Source of the DNA: Mobula birostris
Lineage: Eukaryota
DNA length: 64,000 nucleotides
Assembly: GCF_030028105.1 (NCBI RefSeq)
Contig: NC_092376.1
Location: forward strand, 141,358,230 to 141,422,229
Reading direction: 5' to 3'
Shown here: piece after piece, positions 12,681 to 26,300 of the stretch
Layout: each line of letters starts with the position of its first letter
Position numbering within the stretch: position 1 is the stretch's first letter
Notes under the pieces: generated by a model
Databases searched by the model: none
Told to the model about the DNA's origin: nothing
Seen by the model: only the letters and a program-made list of their open reading frames with translations
Program-made: the position numbers and the translations under genes

Positions 12681-14303
12681 AGAGTCTTCAGATGTTGGAG
12701 AATCATACACAAGATACAGGAGATACTCAGCTGGTCAGGCAGCATCTATGGAAGGAAAAGAACAGCTGATCTTTTGGACCTTCATCAGAACTGGAAAGAA
12801 GAAGGGCAGAAGCCATCAAGGCACATTACTTTCTTTTTTTTAGTACTGGAATGATAATGGTCTTAGAGCTAGCAACACAGGTGACAACAAGGCTTCATTC
12901 CTAGATGAGCTCAGTGTCTTCCATGTATGCCTTGACTGTCAAAACATGGAGAAACCCTCACAGATTCCCACAGCCCCCCATGATCCTGTGATGTCATTTT
13001 CCGAGACTGATGTGAGAGCATCCTTCAGGAGGCTGTACCCACAGAAAGCATCCAGCCCAAATGGGGTACCTAGTCAGGTTCTAGAGACCTGTGTGGATCA
13101 GCCAGTTGGAGTGTTCACCAATAGCTCTAGCCCCTCGCTTCAGCAGTCTAAAGTACCCACCTGCTTCAAGCAGGCTTCCATTAAACCAGTGCCTAAGAAG
13201 AACGTGGTAACCGGCCTCAATGACTATTGTCTAGCAGCACTTAGTACATCCACTGTGATGAAGTGCTTTGAGAGGCTGGTGTTGAAACAAACCATATCCT
13301 GACCGAGAAGTGGCTTGGATCTGTTCCAATTTACCTACCATCACAACAGGTTCACAGCAGATGCCATTTTATTGGTTCTTCACTCGTCCCTGAAACATCT
13401 GGACTGCAAAGATGAATACATCAGGATGCTCTTCATCAACTACTGCTCAGCATTCAACAGTATCATCTCCTCAAAACTAATCAATAAGCTTCCAGACCTT
13501 GTCCTCAATACCTCCTAGTGCAATTGGATCTTTGATTTTCTCACTTGCAGACCAGTCAGATCAGGTCGGCAAAAGCATCTTCTTCACAATCTCAAATCAG
13601 TACAGGTGCATCACAAGGCTGTGTGCCTAGCCCGCTTTATACTTATGGCTAAGCACAGCTCCAATGTCATATTTGAGATTCCTGATGACACCACTGTCTT
13701 TGCCCAAATCAAAAGTGCTGAAGCATTGGCCTTTAGGAGAGAAATTGAAAATCTGGCTGAGTGGTGCCACAGCAACAACCTCTCACTTAATGTCATCAAG
13801 ACCAAGGAGCTAATTATTGACTTTAGGAAAAGGAAACTGGAGGTCCAAGAGCCAACCCTCATCGGGGGATCAGAATTGGATAGGGTCAACAACCTTAAAT
13901 TTGTCGGTGTTGTTATATCGGAGGATCTGTCCTGTGTCCAGCATGTAAGTGCTATTACAAAGAAAGCACAGCAGTGCCTCTACTTTCATCAGAGTTTGCA
14001 AAGATTTGGCATGACATCTAAAACTTTGACAAACCTTTATAGATGAGTGGTGGAGAATATATTGACTGGTTGTATCATGTCCTGGTATGGAAACACCAAT
14101 ATCTTAAATGGAAAAGCATACAAAAAGTTGTGGATTCAGTCCAGTTCATCACAGGTAAAGCCCTCCCCACCATTGAGCATGTCTGCATGGAGCACTGTCA
14201 CAGGAAACTAGCATATATCTTTAAGGCCCCCCACCATCCAACCCATGCTTCCTTCTCACTACCACCATCACAAAGAAGGTACAGCAGCTTCAAGATCCAC
14301 ACC

Positions 14304-16274
14304 CATAAAAGTTCCTGGTGAACGCAGCAGGCCAGGCAGCATCTCTAGGAAGAGGTACAGTCGATGTTTCAGGCCGAGACCCTTCGTCAGGACTAACTGA
14401 AAGAAGAGATAGTAAGAGATTTGAAAGTGGGAGGGTGAGGGGGAGATCCAAAATGATAGGAGAAGACAGGAGGGGGAGGGATGGAGCCAAGAGCTGGACA
14501 GTTGATTTGGCAAAAGGGATATGACAGGATCATGGGACGGGAGGCCTAGGGAGAAAGAAAGGGGGAGGGGGGAAGCCTAGAGGATGGGCAAGGGGTATAG
14601 TGAGAGGGACAGAGAGAAAAAGGAGAGAGAGAAAAAGAATATATACAGCTGTCACCTGTGGCTCCCCGTAGCTGTTTGCATGCGACAGCGGCCACACCCC
14701 GGGCAACGGCTTCGACAAGCCGGCTAAACCAGGTGAGGGTAGCCGACGGGTCTCAAACCCTCGGTGAGATAGGGAGTCGTCTATCCCAGCATGTGAAGAC
14801 AGACTCCAGCGGATTGAGCGGATGAGACCAATGGAAGGTCCAACGGACAAGAAGGCAGTCTCTGCAAGCGTCGTGGAACGTGTAGAGCAGGACAAGACAC
14901 AGAAGACGTCCCGGTCATCCACTGCGCCTAGTCCCATCTCCAGCCGTCTAGACTCTGTCTTGCCACTGGATCCAGATGGGAATTGGGAAGAGAGAGTGAG
15001 GCTGACGCTGCGCAACTCTCCCTCACTTAAATCCAAATCACGCGCTAGTCTCGACACCATCATTATGGTGTCGAGGTCCTCTTCGACGTCTACGATGGAC
15101 GAACAACAACAACAACATATATATATATATATAATGGATGCAGAACGAGGGGGAGGTGGGACATTAATGGAAGTTAGAGAAGTCAATGTTCGTGCCATCA
15201 GTTTGGAGGCTACCCAGACGGAATATAAGGTATTGTTCCTCCAACCTGAGTGTGGCTTCATCTTTACAGTAGAGGATGCCGTAGGTAGACATATCAGAAT
15301 TGGAATGGGATGTGGAATTAAAATGTGTGGCCACTGGGAGATCCTGCTTTCTCTGGCAGATAGAGCGTAGGTTTCAGCGAAACGGTCTCCCAGTCTGTGT
15401 CAGGTCTCGCCAATATATAGAAGGCTGCAATGGGAACACCGGACGCAGTATATCACCCCAGCCAACTCACAGGTGAAGTGTCACCCCACCTGGAAGGACT
15501 GTTTGGGGCCCTGAATGGTGGTAAGGGAGGAAGTGTCAGGGCATGTGTAGCACTTGTTCCGCTTACAAGGATAAGTGCCTGGAGGGAGATCGGTGGGGAG
15601 GGATGGGGGGGACGAATGTCACTGAACACCTACGCTCTGTCCGCCAGAGAAAGCAGGATCTCCCAGTGGCCACACATTTTAATTCCATATCCCATTCCCA
15701 TTCTGATATGTCTATCCACGGCCTCCTCTACTGTAAAGATGAAGCCACACTCAACTTGGAGGAACAACACCTTATATTCCTTCTAGCCTCCAACCTGACG
15801 GCGTGAACATTGACTTCTCTAACTTCCGTTAGTGCCCCACCTCCCCTCACTCTGCATCCATTATTTATTTATTTTATATATATATATATTTTTCTCTCTC
15901 TCCTTTTTCTCCCTCTGTCCCTCTCACTATACTCCTTGCCCATCCCCTGGGTTCTCCCCTCCCCCTTTCTTTCTCCCTAGGCCTCCTGTCCCATGATCCT
16001 CTCATGTCCCTTTTGCCAATCACCTGTCCAGCTCTTGGCTCCATCCCTCCCCCCTCCTGTCTTCTCCTATCATTTTGGATCTCCCCCTCCCCCTCCCACT
16101 TTCAAATCTCTTACTAGCTCTTCCTACAGTTAGTCCTGATGAAGAGTCTCGGCCTGAAACGTCGACTGTACTTCTTCCTAGAGATGCTGCCCGGCCTGCT
16201 GCGTTAACCAGCAACTTTTATGCGTGTTGCTTGAAATTCCAGCATCTGCAGATTTCCTTATGTTTGTGTTTTTA
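14304..16274. mobile_element. Young inverted (fold-back) Penelope-like insertion
   Basis: Minus arm 14304-~15620 and plus arm ~15621-16274, both carrying GIY-YIG 3' sequence and a pLTR. 12-bp TSD aagatccacacc at 14292-14303 and 16275-16286. Confidence 0.9.
14646..15117 (+). mobile_element. Young, probably RTE-type non-autonomous retroelement nested in the PLE (TA)n tract
   Basis: CpG-rich, ends in (CAA)n, has an 11-bp perfect stem-loop at 15050-15075, and is absent from the mirror PLE arm. Confidence 0.7.
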
Positions 16275-16689
16275 AAGATCCACACCACCAGGTTCAGGAA
16301 CAGTTATTACCCCTCAGCCATCAGGTTCTCAAACCAGAGGGGGATAACTTGACTCAACTTCACTTGCCCCATCACTGAACTATTCCCATAACCTGTGGAC
16401 TCGTGTTCAAGATCTCTTCCTCTCATGTTCTCAATATTTATAGTTTATTTATTATTATTATCATTATCTTTTGTATTTTTAGTTTGTTGTCTTTTGCACA
16501 TTAGTTGTTTGTCCATTCTGTTGGATGCGGTCGTTCATCAATTCAGCTGTGTTTCTTGTATTTACTGTAATTGCCCGCAAGAAAATGAATCTCGGGGTGG
16601 TGTATGGTGACATGTACTTCGACAATTGATTTACTTTGAACTTTGAACCTTAGAGCAGATAGGAATTAACGATCAAAGCAGCGAGAGAT

Positions 16690-17225
16690 TAAAAACGTGT
16701 GAATAACCCCTCCAGCTGATCTGCACAGGATCTAAGGACAGGGCTGGGAGCTTCAGCAAGGCTAGATGCTTTTTCCAGGTTCACTCTCTGTAAGACTGAT
16801 CTGGCGTCTTTGCCAGTGACTGTGGTACAGGTGTATTGAAGGTTGTCCCAGTGGCGGAGATGTTCCATTCCCCTTCTATTCAAAACATTGATAGAATGCA
16901 TTAAGCTCATTGGGAAGGGATGCACTGTTGTCAACAGTGCTGGCTGATATTATTTTGTAGCCCATTATAGCATGTACACCCTGCCACAACTAACAACTTT
17001 GATAATATTTAGTGTTGTTTCTTGACATCCCTGACAATTTTATAAAGGTCGTATCTCAATTCATTGCATAGGTCAGGGCCATCCAATTTGAATGCTGCAG
17101 TGCTTGGCTTCATTAGGGAGTGGACAGCTCTGTTCCTTTGTGGTTTCTGGTTTGGAAACACTTGGATTGACCTCTTTAGTTTAAAGTCCTTTACACACTG
17201 GCTGATAAAGTCTGTGCTCATTGAG
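16690..17225 (-). mobile_element. Old Rex1-like LINE fragment
   Basis: ORFs 17009-17221 (DFISQCV...FPNQKP) and 16689-16934 (VLRSCADQLEGLFT). Confidence 0.65.
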
Positions 17226-18984
17226 GAATCTAAGTGAATGATTTGATTAATGTATTTTTTATTACTTGAAACTTTTCAGGAGTAGCAAATTCTTACTATT
17301 TAAGCTTCTCCCTATTGCAATACTTCTCACTGTCTGTCCCATCCTAATAGCATTGTGACAAGGGTGGTCCATTCACTCACACCTTTTTTTCAGCCACCTT
17401 ATCTTAATTCATTTCTTTCATCTCTAAAACCTTCCAACACTATGTTTCTCCCAATGTTGGCATGTAGTTTCAGTAGAATCATTGCTGCAAGATCACTCTC
17501 CATCTCGATTGATTTCACCATCATACCTCTAAATTTGATAAAGCTTCTTTAAAACAACTTTACAAAAGGTGCTGTCTGTCTAAATCCTAGATTTTGTTCT
17601 GATATGTTTGCACTTTGGGTGTCAATTGTAAATCAGTGCTTTCCAATTGGATAATGGTATAGGTCGACTGTAATGTGCTTGCAAATTCAAAAATGCTTCA
17701 AAGAATCCTTATCAAATAAAATAGTGAACCTGTGAGCAATAGCATGATCAAAGAAATTGGCTCAGTGGAATGACTTAAAGGAGTAAACAAGTAAATCCAA
17801 GCATGATTTAGGAAGGGAATTGCAGTACTTAAGGCTTAAACAGCTAATTTTTAAAATTTTTATGGGCTTTGAAGGGGAAAAATTAGTTACATAGTTAGTT
17901 ACAGTTAGTTACAAAGTTAGTAACAAAGTTAGTTACAGTGTCTATTGGAAATTATTTGTATGTGGCTTCAGGTAAAGAAACTAAATGAAACATAAATGTT
18001 GGGAATTCTGACAGATTTGATTTCTGTTGTGATGCCCACATACTGTGCAAACATAATTGCATTTCAATTATGATTGATCAATTGGCTATTGTAATGCTAT
18101 TTACCAATCTTAAGATTGGAAAATAACAAATGCTGGAATCAGAAATTAATGTTCACAAGATGTTACAAAGTTACATCTATTAAGAGAGATACATGCCTTC
18201 CTTCAGATCTCTTTTTCTCCCACTTGTTTGAATATGTGATGTCAGTATTGCTATTAAGAGCAACACCTATTGCCAACTCCCATCTCACCCAGAAGGCCTT
18301 CTTAAACCATTGAGCATATATGATAAAACTGAGTTGCTTGCAGTGTGATTTCAGAGAATTGTTAAAAAAACATCCTTATTATGAACTGAAGTCACATCTT
18401 CACCAACTACATAAAGATAACATGTTTCCCAGAGGGCACTTGTGGATCAGATGAGTTTTGTTACAATTCAGCAACTTAATGGTTCCCCTTCTGGTCTGTA
18501 ACCTTATTCCTTAGGCAGTCCTCAAGATCAAAAATGATCTCATTGATTTCATTTTTGCAGGAATAGTTAGCTGATGAGGCTAGTATTAATATTACAGACT
18601 CTTCAACAGGTGGGGCAAGAGCTACTTCATGAGGTGGATGTGTGGATAGTTTGAGGTGATCCACTCCTTGCATTGTTTGTATTAGGTTTCTGTGTGTTCC
18701 CAAGCCATGGAATCAAGGTTCTTCATGCCAGTCTGAATACTACTGCTCCACCTGTGCTAAGGAAATCCAGGGGTCAGTGGAGATGTTGCACTTTTTCAAG
18801 AAGGTTTGAGAATGTTCTTAAATCTTTTGTCCAGTTGGTAATCCCTTTCCATGACAGAGCTCAGAGTAGAGCGTTTGAGAGTCAGGTGGCATGATCTGTC
18901 AACTAAATGTAATTTGGGTCTTAAACCTGAGAGAGGTTGATGTTGGTCTGAGAATCTTGTAAAGACAATGTTGTTGGTAACTCA

Positions 18985-19560
18985 AAGTTCAGAGTAAAAT
19001 TTGTTATCAGATTACGTACATACATGTTGCCACATACAACCCTGAGATTCTTTTTCTGCGAGTATCCTTAGCAAATCTGCAGGCATACTTAGTAAATGGT
19101 AACTGTAAACATCAGGAACTATAAACTAAACAAACTGCAAATGCAGTTATAAATAAATAGCAATAAATAACGAGCATGAAATAACAATATAACAGAAGGT
19201 CCTTAAATGAGTGTAGTTTTGATCAAGAGTCTGGTAGTTGAGGGGTAGTAACCGTTCTTCAACTTGGTTGTGCGAGTCCTGAGATACCAGCACAGACGGT
19301 ACCTTCTACCTGACGGCAGCAGCAAAAAAAAGAGCATGGTCTGGGTGGTGAGGATCTTTGATGATGGATGCTGCTTTTCTACAGCAATGTGTCATGTAGA
19401 TGTGCTCAATGGTTGGGAGGGTTTTACCTGTGATGTATTGGGATTGTAGGATTTTTCGCTCAAAGGCATTGGTGTTCCTTTACCAGGCCGAAATGCAGCC
19501 AGTCAGCACACTTTCCACCAGACATCTATAAAAGTTTGCTAAGGTTTTTGATGACATGCC
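18985..19560 (-). mobile_element. Rex1-like LINE 3' end
   Basis: Reverse-complement tail aaagttcagagtaaaatttgttatcag...acaaccctgagattc and the LLPSGRR motif region. Confidence 0.6.
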
Positions 19561-20614
19561 TTATGTGCTTTGAGGTACTTGCTTTTAAGGAGACCAAGTT
19601 TCAGAAGCATTTAGGTTATCTGGGATCATGTTGTAGTGTGGATGTGTGCTTTATGTTTGGCTTATGGTTTTGAAATACAAATACTTAGTTAAAGGCTGTG
19701 CTGGTACCCTGATGACATTGGTATATTTCCTCTTTTCTGATTGCCTTTACTGAAAGGCAGCTCCTAAGATATGGGAAATGATTCATGGTTTTTAGGATCT
19801 TGGAAGAGCTTTGTTATGCAGAGGGAGTGGCTTCGTAGAGCACCAATATTTTCCAAATATTGAGTGTAAGGCCCATCCTTTCAAATCCAGTATCTGAGCT
19901 TGGGCTCTGAACACACAGATATGTTACATACATTTGGCTATGTACTGAAGCTTTACTGAGGGTGAAAGTGAAATAGCTTTTGTCCTTTAACTTAGTTCCA
20001 CTCCAACAAGTGCTCTAATACCTGGCTGTATGAACAGATCAAAAGCTAGGTATCCAATGCCAGACACACATCTCCTGATTCCACTGTTATTCCCCCACCC
20101 ACAAACAATGTTAGGAATTTGAACAAATGGTCTCCAATTGCCTAAACGCGAAGATCCAATTGCAGTAAACAAAAATCCAAAGTAAAACAGACAGTCTAAT
20201 CTACATGCACATGATCCAACACCATACATATCCACATTCTCTATCACTAACACATCCTGGTTACAGTGTGCACCATTGACAAGATTCATTGTGGTATTTG
20301 ACTAAAACCTCTTGAACAGTCCTGTCTAAACCCATAACTTGCCCCACTGAAAATGTCACTGGCAGCAGTTGTATGGACACAACATTGCCTTGAAGTCTCT
20401 TCCAAGTTGCTCACCACCTGTACATGGAAGTATAATGCTTAATTTATGTTTCCTTGGTTAAAATCTTAGAACAACTTTCTAAACAGCAATGAGTTCAAAG
20501 TTCAAAATGCATGTTGTTACTGCCTAGGTAGCAAAGTTGGGTGGAATGGTGACAGATCAAATATATTGAGACAAGTGTGAGAAAATGCCTTTCAGGTTGC
20601 CTAGTACTGGCCTG

Positions 20615-21250
20615 ATGGTGGATTCTGGTTAATTGAGCCATTGGGCAGCCACTTGATTGGGATAACTCTTAAAGAACAAAAAATAATTGAGGAAATAGCT
20701 GGGATTCCCTTTGCTTATTTGGGACACTATGCTGCTTAGTTGGGACAGGATATTGTTGCTGAACAGTTTCTAACTAGCATGAATTACTGCACTTGTGTAG
20801 CCATTAGAGCGGACAATTTATAATTAAGATTATTTGCTTATACTCATGTTATGTTATTCATTTGGGCTTCAGATGCCAATTCAAAAAGCAGTGATTTTTG
20901 ATCATTTTGATTTTTATTTTAACTTAAAAATAATTCAGACCTTTGCCAAGATGCCATGAAAAGATTTAACAGTAGCCAAAAAAAATTCTAGGTGTCTCTG
21001 CTGATTTTGTTTATTTACAGTCAATCAAGAGAACACGACGGCATACACTGGATGATTTCCTTCGTTGGTAACTTTTAGAAACTAATAGACAGTAGTGGTA
21101 TTTGTAGTGTTGTGATTTGTCCTGTATTTCATTTAAATATATAATTTGTTACTCAGTTAAATGGTAGTTTGTCGTTTTTAAAAACCTTTTTAACTATTTC
21201 CATGAAACTTTGGCTAATTGGGGCAGCTGGTTAATTGTGTCAAAATGTAT
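20615..21250. mobile_element. Possible non-autonomous Tigger/pogo-like DNA transposon
   Basis: Repeated ggttaattg/gattggga motifs near both ends, AT-rich interior. Ends are poorly defined. Confidence 0.35.
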
Positions 21251-21264
21251 TGCCCCCCCCCCCC

Positions 21265-21670
21265 ATGTTCTGGTCACTACACAATTAAGAGGATATGGTA
21301 GAGCTGGGAAAAGTACTGAAGAGATCCTCCAGTATGTTGCATGGAATGGAGGGCTTTAGAAATGAGGAGAGATAGGATAGGCTGCCATTGTTTTTCACTG
21401 GAGTACAGGTGGCTGAGGGGTGACATTATCATGGTTTATAAAATTATAAAGGACATACATTAGGGTAGATAAAGCATTTTTTCCTGTATAGGGGTGTCTT
21501 AAAACTAGAGACATCAGTTTTCAAGTAAGAGGGGGCATATTTAAAGGCGATCCTAGAAGCAAGTTTTTCCAGAGGTTGGGGGTTTAATGGAACAAGCTGC
21601 CAAAGGAGGTAGGTATAATCAAAGTGTCTAAGAAGCATTTGAACATTTACACAAAAAGGAAAGGAATAGA
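21265..21670 (+). mobile_element. CR1 LINE 3' fragment
   Basis: Similar to the CR1 ORF2 C-terminus at 27270-27720. Confidence 0.65.
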
Positions 21671-21721
21671 GCAGTATTTCCGCCCCCATACTAATCTCAT
21701 TTTCCTGCATTTGGCTTTTAG

Positions 21722-23365
21722 TCTGTGATTCCCCAATGGGGGTGGTTACATGTCCTAAGGGGGCGTTACAGAAAATAGAAGTTGTCGGGGGGGCGTTCAA
21801 GATTCTTGTGGGGGGAGGTGGCAAGCGGCGCCTGAACTGAAAGCACGAGATCTGACCGCCCGTTAGTAGAGCAGGCACTTCCAAAAAAAAGCATGAGGCA
21901 CTGGAACACAGGAAGAACCACAGTTCTGCAGGCGGTGAGCACTCGTCATCACAACAGTTCTGAAACGGCAATCTCATCTGACTTTACCAACCCAACAGAC
22001 ATTACTGGGGATACATAGATTAGCAACCAGGGTGCCCAACAGTTCCCCTTGACTCGCGGCACGGGACGGGTTCATGCAGTTTAACGGTTGATAAGTCGTA
22101 CACCCTCAACTTTCTCTATAGAGCTACAGAAAACAGGTCTCGCATCAAGCTAATCAGTCAACCTGCCGACCCTGAGGGTTCCTCTTGAGGTGTTCAAGGC
22201 GACCTCAGCTCCATGTGTACAGTCAAGAATTATCTTTGGGGAGTATGAGACCTTATGTGATTGGCCAATCCCACTAACTGGAATAGTATAAAGGTAGCTT
22301 GGCGAACTCTAGCTCTATCCCAACTAACATTCAGATTTCAATCTGAATCTTTGTCAACGTAATTTTCACTGCCTTGCCGTTTCTTTGCGTGCTGCTACCA
22401 TCATTCCGTCCGTGTTAACTCGCTGCCATCATCAACATCCGATAGGTGTTCCCAGGTTGGGTTTTTTTTTATCCCCGTTAATAATGGATAAAAATGGCGT
22501 GAAATCTATGAACCTGAAGGCGGTGAAGTCTTGAATTCTAATCCCGCTAAGAAACAGAAACTACAGAAAGGAGTATGGTTTTATTCTGTTCCTGTCGGAT
22601 CAGCGACACCACATGTCTTATTTGTAATACTGTACTGTCTAATGAAGCCATGGAACCATCAAGATTGCAGGAACACTTCCATAAAAGACACTCTGAAAAG
22701 GCTACTTTTGGCATTACTCAGTTCCAGAAGATGAAAGAAGCATTTGAAAAGCTTTGCACACTGGAGTCATTTGCCAAGAAAGCTAAAAATGACCTTTATA
22801 GTGCTCTCATTGCTTCTTATAACATTTCCAAAATGATAGCAAGTGTGGAAAATCTCATACAATTGGTGAAAGATTAATAACGCTTCTGTATCAGAAGTGC
22901 TCACCACTGTTCTCAAAATGGATACCCATATTTTAAAATCAATTCGAATAAGTTATAGCTCTGTAGCTCATTGTATTGATGAAATGATTGACATTGTGTA
23001 TTGCCTATGCATAGAGCGACAGTGCAGTGTCCACTTTTATGGGAAATATATAAGCAAAACGTTGAGAGAAGAATGTTCTCACGGTTTCCATGCATGGAAA
23101 ATATGGTTCTCTTTCACAGACAGTGATTTGCAAGAGTACTGCTTGCACCTACAGTCACTGAAGAAGGATTTTCAGAATCGATATAAGTATTTTAACTATC
23201 TGGAAATTCCAGAACGGGTAATTAATCCATTTCTTTGCAAGGTGGAAGAACAGGAAGAGAGATTGCAAGAAGAAATGATCAAAATTCAGAATGTCTCCCA
23301 AAACACACATCATCAATTGTACAAGCTGGCATTCGTAAACCCAGGAGGACTTTTGTTGTTCTAGA
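21722..23365 (+). mobile_element. hAT Buster/Charlie-type transposon with a disrupted transposase
   Basis: CLICNTVLSNEAMEPSRLQEHFHKRH (BED finger), ALIASYNISKMIA and HLQSLKKDFQNRY..INPF, all frameshifted or deleted. ATG at 22484. Confidence 0.8.
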
Positions 23366-23369
23366 GAAT

Positions 23370-26300
23370 GAGTGGCTGAGGACATGGTACATGGGGAAGA
23401 GTTTCAAGTTCTTGGATCATTAGAACCTTTTCTGGGGAAGGGGTGACCAATACAAGAGGTATGGGTTGCACCTGAACTGAAGGAGAACCAATATCCCGGC
23501 TAGGAAATTTATTAATGCTACTCAGTAGGGTTGAAACTAGATTTGCAAGGGGCTGGAAACAGGAGCATTAGGTAGTTAAGTGAAGGATTGGACAGAAAGG
23601 TAGATGTCAGGGAAAGTATTGATAAGCAAAATCGAAGTAACAGGTATGTTAGGATGGATTGTTTAAAGTGTGTATTTTAATGCTAGGGGTGTTATGGGTG
23701 AGGGTGATGAACTTAGAGGATGGATCAGTACATGGAACCACAATGTTGTGGCCATTACAGAGACTTGGTTGGGAGAGGGGCAGGAATGGTTGATTAATGG
23801 AACAGGTTTTTGAAGTTTTAGAAAAGGCAGAGAAGGAGGAGGAGAGGAGGAGTTACATTATTAATTAGGGACAATACCACAGTTGCATTCAGGGGAGACA
23901 AAATGGAGAGGTCAGACACCGAGTTCATTTAGGTAGAACTCAGGAATAGGAATGGTGCAATCACGCTGATGGGATTGTACTACAGATCCTCCAATACCCA
24001 CTGGGACATCGAGGAGCAGATATGTAAACAGATTAAGGAAATGTGTCAAAATAATAGGGTTGTTGTCATGGCGATTTCATCTTCCCTAATATAAACTGTG
24101 ACCTTTTGTTGGAAGGGGTTTAGATGGGGCAGAATTTGTTAAGAGTGTCCAGGAGGGTTTCTTAAATCAATATGTAAACAGTCCACCGAGAGGAGGGGGT
24201 GTACTGGACCTGATGTTGGGTAATGTGACTGACCTTTCAATGGGTGAGCAGTTAGGGAACAGTGACCACAACTCTTTAACTTTTAGGATAGCTATAAGTA
24301 GGAGAGTCTTACATTGGAGTAGGACAAATTTTGAGGGCATTAGGCGGGAACTAAGAAGAGTTAATTGGGAACACCTTTTTCTGGCAAGTCCACATCAGAC
24401 ATGTGGAGAGTGCTTAAAGATCAATTCCAGAGAGTACAGGAAATGCATGTTCCTTTTAAAAGGAAGGCCAGGTATGGAAAGACAAGAGAACTTTGGATGT
24501 CTAGAGAGGTGATGAATTTAGTCAAGAGGAAAAGGAAAAGCACAGTGCCTATAAAAAGTATTCATTCCCCTTGGAGGTTTTCATGTTTTATTGTTTTACA
24601 ACATTGAATCACAGTCGATTTAATTTGGCTTTTTTGACACTGATCAACAGAAAAAGACTTTCTTGCCAAAGTGAAAACATCTCTACAAAGTGATTTAAAT
24701 TAATTATAAATAAAAAACAATAATTGCATAACTATTCACCCACCCCTTTAATATGATACACCAAATCATCACTAGTGCAGCCAATTGGTTTTAGAATTCA
24801 CATAATTAGTTAAATGGAGATCTGTTTTTGGAGACCTGTATGCAGTCAAGGTGTTTCAATTGACTGTAGTAAAAATACACCCGTTTCTGGAAGGTCCAAC
24901 AGCTGGTGAGTCAGTATCCTGGCAAAAACTCCACCAATAAGACAAAAGAACATTTCAAATAACTTCGCAAAATGGCTGCACAAATATTTACCCCCCTCAA
25001 GTCACTCTTTAGTAGATGTACCTTTGGCAGGGATTTCAGTCTTGCATCTGTCAACTTTGTACATCTGGACACTGCAATTTTTCCTCATTCTTTACAAAAT
25101 TGCACAATTAGCATGGGTATTGTGGGTGAACAGCCCTTTTCAAGTCCAGCCACAAATTCTGAATTAGATTGAGGTCTGGACTCTGACTTTGTTCCAGGTC
25201 ATAAACTTTGTTGTTTTTAAAGCCATTCCTGTGTATGCTTGGGGCCATTGTCTTGCTGGAAAACAAATCTTCTCTCAAGTCACAGTTCTCTTGCAGACCA
25301 TATTAGGTTTTCCTCCAGGATTTCCCGGTATTGTGCTGCATTCATTTTACCCTCTACCTTCACAAGCCTTCCAGGGTTTGCTGCAGTGAAGCATCCCCAC
25401 CACATGATACAGCCATCACCATGCTTCATGGTAGAGTTGGTGTGCTTTTGATGATGTGCAGTGTTTGGTTTGTGCCAAACATAGTGTTTGAAGGCCAAAA
25501 AGCTCAATTTTGGTTTCATCACACCATAGAATCATCTTCTAGATGACTTCAGAGTCTCCCACATGCCAAGCTGGCAAACTCTAGCCAAGATTTCATTCAC
25601 ATTTTTTTCAACAGTGGCTTTCTCTTTGCTACTGTTCCATAATGTTGCAACTGGTGAAGCACCAGGGCAACTGTTGTTGTAGGTGCAGTCTCTCCCATCT
25701 CAGCCACAGAAGTTTGTAATTCCTCCAGAGATGTAGAGTCTCTTGGTGGCCTCCCTCACTAGTTCCCTTCTTGCACTGTCACTCAGTTTTTGATGGCCTG
25801 CTCTAGGCAGATTTACAGCTGTGCCATATTCTTTCTAATTCTTGATGATTGACTTAACTGCACTCAAAGGATATTCAGTGACTTGGAAATTTTCTTGTAT
25901 CCAGCTCCTGCCGTGTGTTTTTCAATAATCTTTTCAGAGTTGCTTGGAGTGTTCTTTTGTCTTTGGGCTGTAGTTTTTGCCAGGATACTGACTCATCAGC
26001 AGTTGGACCTTCTAGATACAGTACAGGTGTATTTTTACTACAATCAATTGAAACACCTTGACTGCACATAGTGATTTCCATTTAACTAATTATGTGACTT
26101 CTAAAACCAGTTGGCTGCACCAGTGATGATTTGGTGTGGCATATTAAAGGGAGTGAATGAATACTTATGCAATCAATTATTTTGTGTTTTTATTTGTAAT
26201 TAATTTAGATCACTTTGTAAAGATCTGTTTTCACTTTGACACCAGAATCTTTAAAAAAGTCAAATTAAATCCACTGTGATTCAAAGTTGTAAAACAGTAA

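Larger units (their letters stand above)
12860..16650 (+). mobile_element. Rex1/Babar LINE (RT pseudogene plus 3' tail), split by a PLE at 14304-16274
   Basis: ORFs 12946-13302 (VPTCFKQASIKPVPKK...VMKCFERLV), 13315-13518 and 13606-14046. Sequence resumes after the TSD aagatccacacc. Confidence 0.9.

Noticed and set aside
14820-14846. Hammerhead-like CGGATGA-GACC...GGTC-CAAC
   Set aside because: Essential core positions (CUGA, GAAA) are mismatched and no helix I or III is evident.
14530-15370. Longest ORFs in the track (243 aa minus, 182 aa plus)
   Set aside because: They cross the junction between a PLE and a nested RTE-type insert and include (CAA)n/(TA)n tails; chance read-through.
17884-17937. 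AGTTAGTTAC-like tandem repeat
   Set aside because: Short degenerate minisatellite with no further structure.
19987-20289. 100-aa minus-strand ORF
   Set aside because: No recognisable motif or splice context; it lies among decayed retroelement sequence.
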